IMG/VR virus record: IMGVR_UViG_3300027808_000037
Span: 1 to 54,109 of that record
DNA length: 54,109 nucleotides
DNA from: a virus
Lineage: Duplodnaviria > Caudoviricetes
Direction: 5' to 3' (one strand)
Part shown: positions 44,396 to 53,724 of the stretch, one piece after another
Layout of the letters: each line of letters opens with the position of its first letter
Numbering within the stretch: position 1 is the stretch's first letter
Notes under the pieces: generated by a model
Seen by the model: the letters and a program-made list of their open reading frames with translations, nothing else
The model's database searches: none
What the model was told of the DNA's origin: nothing
Made by a program: the position numbers and the translations under genes

Positions 44396-46634
44396 AGTAA
44401 TTATAATCGACAATCAAAATTTAAGTGACATTGATTTTGCATTTTTAAGTAAACCGTTTGAAATCCAATTTAAAGATGCCAGTATCGTTAAATTAAAAGG
44501 AATTCATACTGGGTGGTTGGGCCAAGAATTAGCTTTAGCTCTGTCAGATGGATTTGATGAAGTACTATGTATTCCCATTGGCGCATTGGGCATTGATCTG
44601 GCGAGTATTCGACAGTCTGCCAAAGACAACGATGCAGCACTATCATTGAGCGAATTTAACAGTGGTCCCAATGGCAATTTTTTTGCAATCGACAATTTTT
44701 TTGCATATCTAAATTTAGATTTTTACCGCTCAAACAATGTTAATATAGATTGGGGAACTGTTTGGCATTGCGACATTGGAATTTTAACACCAAACTTCAT
44801 ACTAACAAATGAAACATTATGTCACACTGAAGGCTTCACTGTTGCGCATGATTTCGGACCAGGGTGGATCTTATTAATAAACACCCTTCGTAACAATGGA
44901 AAGATTTTAAATTATCCAGTTGAAATTGAAAATAACATGACAATTGTTACTGATGTAACGATTCGAATGCAATCTCCAGCTGCTGATCACTTGCCTGTGA
45001 TTGCCAAATGGATGAAACAAATAGAAGATGTACATGTTGGCGTAACCGCAGTCAGTCTACTAGACATACAATCCACCTTTGCCAATGTGTTAACTCCTGT
45101 GGAAAATTTATATACCACAGCCGATAGTTTATCTGTATTAGAAATCCCATTGGCATATAGCAATGATTGTCGTGTTGTATTTTTCTCAGAATCAACTGAA
45201 AACATCGAGTTAGTTAAGTTAATAATTGCAAACTGGAACGGGGAAAATACCAATGAACTTCCAATTCCAGAATCTTACAAAACAACTTTAAATAATCTAG
45301 CGGCACAGCCTGACTATTTTGAAACAGTGTGGACTAAACTAATCAGCGGATATGTTGCATATTTTGATTTTAATCAGAATGATCTACTAGATGATTTGGC
45401 AACGCAAAAGCATGTCAACAACTTTATTTTTCTAGGCAACTACTCAAGCTCTATTAGATCTTTCTTGATATCAAGTATTGATACTGCAAGTTGTGAAATA
45501 TGCTATACATACGAAAATGGTCACAATGTTGAACCGCGATTTAGTACAGGTCCTTATGTTCAAGACTTGTATTCTAGATTCAGAATTACATATAGAAATA
45601 CACAGTCGGGTTTAGAAGTCCCAACCGAATATGCAATTCAGCCGCATTTTCTAGCGCAAAAATGGGCCAGAGCATTACGACATGATTACTTAGAACATGC
45701 AGTAAACAAAGTAGAAAAAAATTACATGCTTCAGCATTGGGAATACGATGATACAAACCCCAATGGTAGATCATTGAATCAATTGTGCATAGAGATGAAT
45801 CGTTATGTTGCGCATATAAACAATTATTTCGATGGTAGTTCAGCCAGACGAATCGACTATCATATTACTCAAATTTTTGATCCGGTCACAATAGGTCAAC
45901 CCATTCTGAATCAGATTCATCATCATTTTGAATTATTGATTGGCCAAGTTTGGAGTGTAAGCGAGTACTATAAGCTAGCCGACACTGCAACATGTTTTGC
46001 AATTAGGCAATTGAACAACTTATGTCATGAAATGGAAAGTTTGCTTCGACCAAACTTTAGAGTCGCAGACAGCTGGTCTGCGGCAGTGTACTTTCCATTC
46101 ATTAGAGTAGTACGTTATAAATTTGTCGACAGTGATTATGACCACTTTACTCAAATACAAGATTTTGGCGACTTGGTATTACATTATTCACAATTGGGAA
46201 AAACTCCACTTGAGGCATTTGCAGGGAACGATAGCGAAGTATTTGACGAAAACATAACAGGTCTAAGATACCTAAGTGGTGAATTTGATATTACATTTAG
46301 AACTGACGTATCATATGAAAGACAACGACTGGCTATTGCTAAACACAGTGCCCGAGCGTTTCCGTGGATCAGAGCACGTGGTCAGGACCCTGAAAGTAAA
46401 TATACCGGAATTGGATATGTAACAATTGGAAAATTTGATCGTACGTTATTTCCTAATATGTCAGCTGAGGAGATTATGGCGGAATTGGTCAAGTGCGACG
46501 ATATTTACAAGTTAGAATTGATCGACAGTGACAATAATATAGTTAAAGAAGCTGTATTAGATTATACTTGGAAAGACGTACTGAAAGTGACTGATCCAAC
46601 ACATCCAGATTATACAGGAGAATTCCAATGGTAA
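44385..46634 (+). CDS. Large hypothetical protein; C-terminal domain belongs to the repeated family
   Basis: LNQIHHHFE ... LNNLCHEME ... LHYSQLGK. Confidence 0.72.
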   Translation: MKTKVIIIDNQNLSDIDFAFLSKPFEIQFKDASIVKLKGIHTGWLGQELALALSDGFDEVLCIPIGALGIDLASIRQSAKDNDAALSLSEFNSGPNGNFFAIDNFFAYLNLDFYRSNNVNIDWGTVWHCDIGILTPNFILTNETLCHTEGFTVAHDFGPGWILLINTLRNNGKILNYPVEIENNMTIVTDVTIRMQSPAADHLPVIAKWMKQIEDVHVGVTAVSLLDIQSTFANVLTPVENLYTTADSLSVLEIPLAYSNDCRVVFFSESTENIELVKLIIANWNGENTNELPIPESYKTTLNNLAAQPDYFETVWTKLISGYVAYFDFNQNDLLDDLATQKHVNNFIFLGNYSSSIRSFLISSIDTASCEICYTYENGHNVEPRFSTGPYVQDLYSRFRITYRNTQSGLEVPTEYAIQPHFLAQKWARALRHDYLEHAVNKVEKNYMLQHWEYDDTNPNGRSLNQLCIEMNRYVAHINNYFDGSSARRIDYHITQIFDPVTIGQPILNQIHHHFELLIGQVWSVSEYYKLADTATCFAIRQLNNLCHEMESLLRPNFRVADSWSAAVYFPFIRVVRYKFVDSDYDHFTQIQDFGDLVLHYSQLGKTPLEAFAGNDSEVFDENITGLRYLSGEFDITFRTDVSYERQRLAIAKHSARAFPWIRARGQDPESKYTGIGYVTIGKFDRTLFPNMSAEEIMAELVKCDDIYKLELIDSDNNIVKEAVLDYTWKDVLKVTDPTHPDYTGEFQW

Positions 46635-46759
46635 ACTCAATGAGACGACTATTAAATTTTTTATCGAAACCTTATCACAAGTACCAAGAATGGAAACGTC
46701 TTCGTGCTCGTCGTAAGATGATTGAAGAAATGAAAAAACGCGACCCATTCATTTACTAA
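46628..46759 (+). CDS. 43-aa basic protein ending KRDPFIY (not in the ORF track)
   Basis: AGGAG RBS; fills the gap before the carbamoyltransferase. Confidence 0.6.
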   Translation: MVNSMRRLLNFLSKPYHKYQEWKRLRARRKMIEEMKKRDPFIY

Positions 46760-46760
46760 T

Positions 46761-48224
46761 ATGATACTGGGCATTACAGCACATAACCATGACGCTAGTA
46801 TGGCGTTAATTGATGGGGACCGTATAGTATGGGCAGCTCATAGTGAACGATACAGTCGTGTCAAAAACGATTCGTTAATTCATCCGGATATGATAGATGA
46901 AATGTTTGAACACGGTTTCCCGTCGGAAGCAGTTTGGTTTGAACGGCCCTTATTAAAAAGTCTGCGTAGAATCTACAGTGGTGAGCGACCCTGGTACACT
47001 AACCCAGCACAGCATTTAGCTGATCACGATTTATTTCATATGCCCATCAAGTACGTGGGGCATCATCATAGTCATGCTGCCGCTGGTTATTACACGTCGG
47101 GCTTTGACCATGCAGCCGTTGTGGTAGTTGATGCTATTGGTGAATGGGACACAGTAAGTATTTGGGAAGGCCGTGGTACTGAACTTAAAAAGCGTTGGGG
47201 AGTTCGTTATCCCAATTCAATTGGATTGTTTTATAGTGCTATTACACAATGGTGCGGTCTCAAGCCCAATGAAGAAGAATATATTTTAATGGGCATGGCT
47301 GCTTATGGTGAACCCCGTTATGTAAATGAATTACGCGAAACATTCTTTAGTGCCTGGAACTTGCCTGACTTTAAACTGCGACATAATTTACATCGTGGAT
47401 GCCGCTGGTGGACTCCTACTGATCCCAACGCAAGCAAATACGATATTGCAGCTTCTGCGCAAGCACTGGTAGAAGATTATTTGGTAGCCGTGACATCATA
47501 CGCCCGACTGTTGGTAGGAAGTTCTAATTTGGTATTTCAAGGTGGTGTAGCACTCAATTGTGTTGCCAATACTCTGGTTGCTAACTCGGGCGCATTCAAG
47601 CAGATGTGGGTCATGCCCAATCCCGGTGATGCTGGCAGTGCCATTGGCGCAGTGGCAGCATATACCAAGACACATTTAAAATGGACAACACCATTCCTGG
47701 GTACCAATATTGATCGTGAGTTAGATATTGATGCTGTTGTAAAAGAACTGCTGGCTGGCCGAGTAGTTGGCGTTGCAAATGGTCGTGCAGAGTTTGGACC
47801 ACGTGCTTTAGGCAATCGCAGTTTGCTATGCGATCCCCGCGGAGTCGAAGCCAAAGACCGTATGAATGAGATCAAGAAGCGAGAAAAGTTTCGGCCGTTT
47901 GCACCAGCTATACTAGAAGAACACGCAGAAGCCTACTTTGAAATGCCAAGTATTGTACCATCAAGTCCTTATATGAGCTATGTTGTTCGCTGCCGCACGC
48001 CGGACTTGATTCCGGGCGTGGTGCATCACGATGGAACAAGTCGTGTGCAAACTGTGTCAGCAGAAGATAACCCACAATTTCGACAGCTATTAGAAGCGTG
48101 GTATGCGGCTTCAGGTTGCCCAATATTAATGAACACCAGCTTAAATATCAAAGGTGAACCGCTTGTTAACACATGGGCAGATGCAGTACGGTTTCAACAA
48201 CGCCATAATATTCAAATATTTTAA
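46761..48224 (+). CDS. Carbamoyltransferase (NodU/CmcH/TobZ family)
   Basis: HDAS, HHHSHAA, DAIGE, MGMAAYG, GGVALNC, EFGPRALGNRS, NTSLN. Confidence 0.93.
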   Translation: MILGITAHNHDASMALIDGDRIVWAAHSERYSRVKNDSLIHPDMIDEMFEHGFPSEAVWFERPLLKSLRRIYSGERPWYTNPAQHLADHDLFHMPIKYVGHHHSHAAAGYYTSGFDHAAVVVVDAIGEWDTVSIWEGRGTELKKRWGVRYPNSIGLFYSAITQWCGLKPNEEEYILMGMAAYGEPRYVNELRETFFSAWNLPDFKLRHNLHRGCRWWTPTDPNASKYDIAASAQALVEDYLVAVTSYARLLVGSSNLVFQGGVALNCVANTLVANSGAFKQMWVMPNPGDAGSAIGAVAAYTKTHLKWTTPFLGTNIDRELDIDAVVKELLAGRVVGVANGRAEFGPRALGNRSLLCDPRGVEAKDRMNEIKKREKFRPFAPAILEEHAEAYFEMPSIVPSSPYMSYVVRCRTPDLIPGVVHHDGTSRVQTVSAEDNPQFRQLLEAWYAASGCPILMNTSLNIKGEPLVNTWADAVRFQQRHNIQIF

Positions 48225-48955
48225 TGGAAAAACTTTTAGTAATAGGTGACAGTTTTTGTAAAGATCGAAACAAGGAATCTGATTGGCCAGTTGCATTATC
48301 AAAGTTGCTTGGCTGTAAAATGTACGGTAGAGGCAGAGGCGGCTGCTCGTGGTGGGCAAGTAGAAATGATCTCAATGAGTATATAGAAGATCGATCTTCT
48401 ACAATTTTAATAGTAATACACACAGAAGCGGCCCGACTTCCAAATGACTTTAATTTTGCAGTTAATCCAGGTATTGCATTTACTACTGCTGGCTCAGCTG
48501 GCGACGACTTAAAACGCAACCCCGAAATCAGGCAAGTTGCATCTGACTTTTATACTAGCAAATTATTTTCTCCAGGATTTTACCATTGGGCTCAACAGTC
48601 CTGGATTAATGAATTGGATTCAAGTAAAGACTTTTATGCTACACTGCACATCCCTGCTTTCAACAATGTTGACTTGACTAGAGTTAAGAACGGTGTTGTT
48701 ATAACTCCTGGCAACGGATTTAAATCATTAAGAGATATTAGCAACACTGAAGTAGGGGATGTTAAATGGGCAGGGCCCGATTCCAGAAGTAATCACTTTA
48801 AGGACTTTAACAATCTTAAATTTGCAGAAGCATTGTTTAACAATATCAATAATTTACCATCAGACCGGGTTGGTACTCAAACACTTGACAATATGTCAGA
48901 CTGGGATCTGACTCCTACGGCATTTAAACACTCTGCTGCATATTTGAATAAATAA
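48224..48955 (+). CDS. SGNH-hydrolase-like protein
   Basis: IGDSF N-terminal block, SNH near the C-terminus. Confidence 0.55.
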   Translation: MEKLLVIGDSFCKDRNKESDWPVALSKLLGCKMYGRGRGGCSWWASRNDLNEYIEDRSSTILIVIHTEAARLPNDFNFAVNPGIAFTTAGSAGDDLKRNPEIRQVASDFYTSKLFSPGFYHWAQQSWINELDSSKDFYATLHIPAFNNVDLTRVKNGVVITPGNGFKSLRDISNTEVGDVKWAGPDSRSNHFKDFNNLKFAEALFNNINNLPSDRVGTQTLDNMSDWDLTPTAFKHSAAYLNK

Positions 48956-48959
48956 ACTT

Positions 48960-49406
48960 ATGAAAAAACTACTAATTTTAATCACAGCACTGATGGTGAG
49001 TGTGAGTGCTGTGGCACAAAAGAAGACTCCAGAAATGAAGGTATACGACTTTCCTGTAACTCGCGTAATTGACGGCGATACAGTTGAATTCGCAGCCACC
49101 TTTCTCCCAGCACCACTTAAACCCAAATTGGCTGTACGAGTATTTGGAGTTGACACCCCGGAAAAGGGATTTAGAGCCAAATGCGATTCAGAAGCTAAAC
49201 GAGGAGAAGCTGCCTCAGCCTTTACAAAGAAAGTTATTACTGAAAGTAAAACGGCTCGAATTGCGATCATTGACTGGGATAAATTCGGTGGTCGTGTGCT
49301 TGGAGATATTATTTTAGATAATAATGTAAGCCTAAGAGCATTGCTTATTCAAAATGGCTTTGCCCGCGAATACTACGGCGAAGCAAAACAAAGCTGGTGT
49401 AACTAA
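48960..49406 (+). CDS. Secreted thermonuclease (SNase family)
   Basis: VIDGDT, RVFGVDTPE, DKFGGRVL; signal peptide. Confidence 0.9.
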   Translation: MKKLLILITALMVSVSAVAQKKTPEMKVYDFPVTRVIDGDTVEFAATFLPAPLKPKLAVRVFGVDTPEKGFRAKCDSEAKRGEAASAFTKKVITESKTARIAIIDWDKFGGRVLGDIILDNNVSLRALLIQNGFAREYYGEAKQSWCN

Positions 49407-49427
49407 AATACAACACTAAAACACCAA

Positions 49428-49484
49428 AAAAAGCCCGTTTTGACGGGCTTTTTGGTTGACAACAGGTCCAAAAAGCTGTATAAT
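49428..49484 (+). terminator. Terminator followed by an early promoter
   Basis: AAAAAGCCCGT-TTTG-ACGGGCTTTTT; TTGACA-N17-TATAAT. Confidence 0.8.
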
Positions 49485-49512
49485 ACATACATATTAAGCA
49501 AAAAGGACCGGT

Positions 49513-49839
49513 ATGTTGACATTTTCTCTAGACACTAAAGAATCTAATAACAAGTTTTTTGCATTACAAGATCGCCGTATGCGCAATCATGCAAATAAAA
49601 CACTGTATACTCAAGCTCAACAAATTCGTTTAGACCGAATCAAGCTGGCACTTGAGATGGTGTTGCGTGGCACTATTTACGATCCAGCTTACGGTAAAAA
49701 GAGTGCCAGCGTCAAAGTGCAAGACGGCGCAGTAATTGCAGATCGTAAGACTTTGCGTTTGCTTGAACAAGACTGGGCCGCAGAGGGTATCTTTAAGAAA
49801 GTATCTGCACAGGGCTTTCAGTACCACATGCCTCTTTAA
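49513..49839 (+). CDS. Early hypothetical protein
   Basis: AAGGA RBS. Confidence 0.7.
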   Translation: MLTFSLDTKESNNKFFALQDRRMRNHANKTLYTQAQQIRLDRIKLALEMVLRGTIYDPAYGKKSASVKVQDGAVIADRKTLRLLEQDWAAEGIFKKVSAQGFQYHMPL

Positions 49840-49853
49840 TCTAAGGAACCATT

Positions 49854-51002
49854 ATGCCTTTACATAAATCTATTCTCCCTTCAATTCTTTTATTGGGTCT
49901 GCTGACTGCATGTGGTGGCGGCGGTGCAAGCACTGGCATCGTAGAACCTCCAACTGTGCCAGTTGTCCCAATTGTGATATCGCAATTGGCATATGAAAAT
50001 CGTCACCAGTTGTATTCATATAGTGCAACAGTTCCGGTTGACGCAAATGCTCGTTCATATTTTAAATACTCAGACGGTACATTAGGCCTTATTACTGTTA
50101 AGTTGGTGTCGTGGACAGGCAATGCCACATTAGAAACTGCACTACCTTCAGTTACAACATTTTACAAATGGGTAAGCGGGAAATGGGTGGCAAATACTGA
50201 AGCAGTGTTTGATTCAATAACAAGCGTACCTGGTTGCTTGCATCCACGAAAATCTATTGCAGCCGACTATAACCAAGATGGTGTTATTGACTTTGCTATT
50301 GCATGTCATGGCTGGGATGCTCCTCCTTTTGCTGGTGAGCGTAGTCGTGTAATATTGAGTCAGCCCTCGGGAAAGTATCAGATGGACTATCTATCTACTG
50401 TGATTGATTTTCAGCATAGCGGCACGTCAGCTGATCTAAACAGTGATGGTTACCCAGATTTAATTATGACAAGTATCACTGGGGTTGACGTATTACTCAA
50501 TGATAAAACTGGCCACTTTGTTCGCTCAACTGATTTGGCAATTACACAGCAACAGCGTCCGTCACACGTTGAGCTAGTAGATTTAAACGGGGACGGAAAA
50601 TTTGACTTTGTGCAAGGAGGACATGAATGGAACACCAGTACTCGCATTACTATAAATCCAGGCAATAACAATTTCAACAGCTCATTGTTTAGTCGTCCAA
50701 CTGAGATAGTAATTCCACCTGTACCAGGCGGCGGAGTTATTACTGACTTCTTGTTTGTTAAATCAGTCAATGCGCTTTACATACTACGTACTGGTGACGG
50801 CCAGTCCAATGGCACTACATTTTACGAAGGTGTTTGGGTACAAAAGTTTGCATTAGATACTCGTATCAGTACAGTGGTATACGCAAATCCATCATGGATC
50901 GACACCGCAAATCCTTGGAAAAAGTGGATCGACTGGATTGTGGAAAAGGATGGTTTCGTTACCAGTGACGTTGGAGCATTGATTCAAATTCCAATCCAAT
51001 AA
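49854..51002 (+). CDS. Lipoprotein with FG-GAP/VCBS repeats
   Basis: LTAC lipobox; DYNQDGVID, DLNSDGYPD, DLNGDGKFD. Confidence 0.85.
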   Translation: MPLHKSILPSILLLGLLTACGGGGASTGIVEPPTVPVVPIVISQLAYENRHQLYSYSATVPVDANARSYFKYSDGTLGLITVKLVSWTGNATLETALPSVTTFYKWVSGKWVANTEAVFDSITSVPGCLHPRKSIAADYNQDGVIDFAIACHGWDAPPFAGERSRVILSQPSGKYQMDYLSTVIDFQHSGTSADLNSDGYPDLIMTSITGVDVLLNDKTGHFVRSTDLAITQQQRPSHVELVDLNGDGKFDFVQGGHEWNTSTRITINPGNNNFNSSLFSRPTEIVIPPVPGGGVITDFLFVKSVNALYILRTGDGQSNGTTFYEGVWVQKFALDTRISTVVYANPSWIDTANPWKKWIDWIVEKDGFVTSDVGALIQIPIQ

Positions 51003-51082
51003 CAGTAATTTGGACAGTTAACACTACACTTAAAGCGTAAAAATATGGTACCGTTTTAAAAATTGCTTCGTATGGTACCGCT

Positions 51083-51140
51083 AAACAGGGCACATTGGTT
51101 GCCCTGTTTTGTTGACTTCTTATAAGTATTTTGCTATAAT
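51083..51140 (+). terminator. Terminator followed by a sigma70-type promoter
   Basis: AAACAGGGCA...TGCCCTGTTTT; TTGACT-N17-TATAAT. Confidence 0.7.
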
Positions 51141-51146
51141 AAGAAG

Positions 51147-51665
51147 ATGAAAGTTATCAATGTTATTGCAGGCCCGGGAACAGGCAAAAGCACACTGGCG
51201 TCAGGCTTATATCATGAAGCCAAACGTCGAGGGTGGAATGTAGAGTTAGTTACCGAAGTAGCTAAGGACCTGGTTTGGGAAGGCAGACATTGTGCGCTGA
51301 GTAATCAAGCCTATGTGTTTGGACGTCAAGTTCAGCGTATACATAGACTGGAGGGACAGGTAGATTTTGTAATCACCGACAGTCCATTTTTATTGAGTGC
51401 CATCTATGCTCCAGCAGATTATCCCCCAGAGTGGGAGCAGGTGGTAGTGGAACTTTGGAAACGTTACAACAATGTTGTGGCATTTTTAGAGCGTGGCCCT
51501 TGGTTTAACGATCGTGGCCGTGTACATAATCTTCAGCAGAGTTTGGAGATCGATCAACGGATCGCAGTGCTCTTGAACAAGCATAACATAGCCCATACTC
51601 AGGTTAGTTATGGATATCAGAGTCCAGGTGAAGTTTTAGATGCTATTATGGCATCCGAGATGTGA
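51147..51665 (+). CDS. P-loop kinase (NadR-like/AAA_28)
   Basis: GPGTGKST, ELVTEVAK, ITDSP. Confidence 0.75.
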   Translation: MKVINVIAGPGTGKSTLASGLYHEAKRRGWNVELVTEVAKDLVWEGRHCALSNQAYVFGRQVQRIHRLEGQVDFVITDSPFLLSAIYAPADYPPEWEQVVVELWKRYNNVVAFLERGPWFNDRGRVHNLQQSLEIDQRIAVLLNKHNIAHTQVSYGYQSPGEVLDAIMASEM

Positions 51666-51695
51666 CTGAAAGTGATCATTATGAAAGGAGGACTT

Positions 51696-52244
51696 ATGGA
51701 AAAGTCAATTAAATTTATAGCCTGTGCTTTGGGCTTATTCGCAGTACTGTCGCTAGTACAAACAGTTACGGCAAACAAGTTTGCTGATCTTAAACAGCGC
51801 AGTGGGCAATTCAGCAATGATGTTGTCAGTATTAAAACTATAGAAAAACAGTTGGACTGTTTGGCTATCAACATCTACAGAGAAGCAGGGCACGAGCCAT
51901 TTGAAGGCAAAGTAGGGGTGGCTCAGGTCACTATGAACCGTGTCAAAGACGGCCGCTTTGGCACAGACGTGTGCGGAGTTGTGTATCAAAAGAACGTGGT
52001 TATGGAACGTGTGATCTGTCAATTCTCATGGGCTTGTGATTCAGTACACAAAAATCGACCCATCAATCGAGCTGCTTATGACGAAAGTTATGCAGTGGCC
52101 AAAAAGGTTCTGTTAGAACATTTCAGATTAGATGTTCTTAAAGAAGCCTTGTACTACCATGCAGTGTATGTGAATCCACAATGGAACCTGGACAAGATAG
52201 GCAAAATTGGACAACACGTTTTTTACAAACCTAAGGGAAATTAA
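51696..52244 (+). CDS. SleB-like cell wall hydrolase (Hydrolase_2)
   Basis: CLAINIYREA, VAQVTMNR, CQFSW, ALYYHA, IGQHVFY. Confidence 0.88.
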   Translation: MEKSIKFIACALGLFAVLSLVQTVTANKFADLKQRSGQFSNDVVSIKTIEKQLDCLAINIYREAGHEPFEGKVGVAQVTMNRVKDGRFGTDVCGVVYQKNVVMERVICQFSWACDSVHKNRPINRAAYDESYAVAKKVLLEHFRLDVLKEALYYHAVYVNPQWNLDKIGKIGQHVFYKPKGN

Positions 52245-52246
52245 TT

Positions 52247-52549
52247 ATGATCCACAACATCAATCAAATCAAAGAGTTTTTCAGAACTAAAATCAGTCAT
52301 ATTTCAGCAGAAACATTTGGTTGGTTAGCAATAATTGTAATGCATGCTGCCACAGTGCCTAGCTTATTGGCTGTGATGGCAGGACTAACCGACCGCTTGC
52401 CTGGGGTTGACCTGGTGCTATTGGTCTGGTCCGGACTGAGCTTGCTGTTTATCAAGGCAGCAGTGCAAAAAGACATGTTGAATATTGTCACAATTGGATT
52501 TGGATTTATCATCCAAGCAGTGTTGTTGGCCTTGATCTTCTTTAAATAA
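52247..52549 (+). CDS. Membrane protein with three TM segments (possible holin)
   Basis: Three hydrophobic segments directly after the cell wall hydrolase. Confidence 0.6.
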   Translation: MIHNINQIKEFFRTKISHISAETFGWLAIIVMHAATVPSLLAVMAGLTDRLPGVDLVLLVWSGLSLLFIKAAVQKDMLNIVTIGFGFIIQAVLLALIFFK

Positions 52550-52639
52550 ATACTGGTAAGAAAATTTAATGCTACATATATAGTGACAGCCATTTTGGCA
52601 ATCACTTGTAACATATAACTAAACCAAAGAGAGATTAAA

Positions 52640-52978
52640 ATGCGAAGATTATATCCAGCCAGGCTACTAGAAGTACGAGGTACCGATACCTTAGAAGTAG
52701 AACTAGACCTTGGCTTTAACGTGTACAGTCGCCAGAAGATTCGCCTATTCGGCGTTTCGTCTTGCGGCAAAGATAACGAAGTAAAAATAGTCTTAACTGA
52801 ACTATGTAAAGATGGCTTTATTGTTGAGCCTATTATTACTAAACGTGCCAAACTTGGCCGCGTACTGGGTTGGGCATGGTTGGCAAATGATCTAGGCGAC
52901 CCTACTCTTAACATTAACGAAGCATTAGTCGACCAGGAACTTGCTACTAGTTTCCAGGTTGATGATGAGGAAGAGTAA
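52640..52978 (+). CDS. SNase-fold nuclease-like protein
   Basis: DTLEVELDLGF ... IRLFGV ... KLGRVLG. Confidence 0.65.
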   Translation: MRRLYPARLLEVRGTDTLEVELDLGFNVYSRQKIRLFGVSSCGKDNEVKIVLTELCKDGFIVEPIITKRAKLGRVLGWAWLANDLGDPTLNINEALVDQELATSFQVDDEEE

Positions 52979-53724
52979 TGTATGAAGCGGGACTAACTGC
53001 TCGAAAGATAGCACAATTTGATACAGCTATCTTTGATCAGTATCGTGCGTGGGAAGCTGAATTTAATTGGGATAATCCCAATTGCTTCCTACGTCGAGTT
53101 CCACCAGGCAAACGTCCTGACCATACTTACATAATTTATTTGCCAGTTAACACAGCACGTAGCGCAAGCTACGGCAGAGAAATGTCAATGTATCCACCAG
53201 CAATTGATCTATTATGGGCCAACATTTTAAAACCCTGTTGTGACCATTTAATGGGCTTAACTGGAATAGACAATCCTGTCCTAGTGCAAGCAGATATTGC
53301 ACGTATGAAACCACGCGATGGTGATACATTACTGCATACTGACACACGATACAATCAACGTTATGCTCGCCGATACAATATTGCCATTAACACTAATACT
53401 GAATGCTGGCTTTACCATCACAGCTATGATTTAAATAATGGTGGTGTACGTGATCACATTGCTAAAGGCGAGATATGGGAATTAAACAACAAGATTCCAC
53501 ATACCGCAGTGAATGGTGGTGACACTTGGCGTACCCATTTAATTATTGACGTTATGCCGCAAAACTATTACGACCGTATGTGTGAACTATACAACCCATA
53601 CGACAAAGTACCAAACCCACAATCATTAAATACCACCTACGATTATGATATCGCAGGCAATTTGATACATGAACCTCTATTTGAGGATCTACCACACTGC
53701 TTCCCAGCAAGGACACACATATAA
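52978..53724 (+). CDS. Asp/Asn beta-hydroxylase-like oxygenase
   Basis: LHTD, GEIWELNNKIPHTAVN, RTHLIID. Confidence 0.78.
   Translation: MYEAGLTARKIAQFDTAIFDQYRAWEAEFNWDNPNCFLRRVPPGKRPDHTYIIYLPVNTARSASYGREMSMYPPAIDLLWANILKPCCDHLMGLTGIDNPVLVQADIARMKPRDGDTLLHTDTRYNQRYARRYNIAINTNTECWLYHHSYDLNNGGVRDHIAKGEIWELNNKIPHTAVNGGDTWRTHLIIDVMPQNYYDRMCELYNPYDKVPNPQSLNTTYDYDIAGNLIHEPLFEDLPHCFPARTHI

Noticed and set aside
51044-51080. Direct repeat TATGGTACCG x2
   Set aside because: Only two short copies in one intergenic region; no supporting occurrences elsewhere
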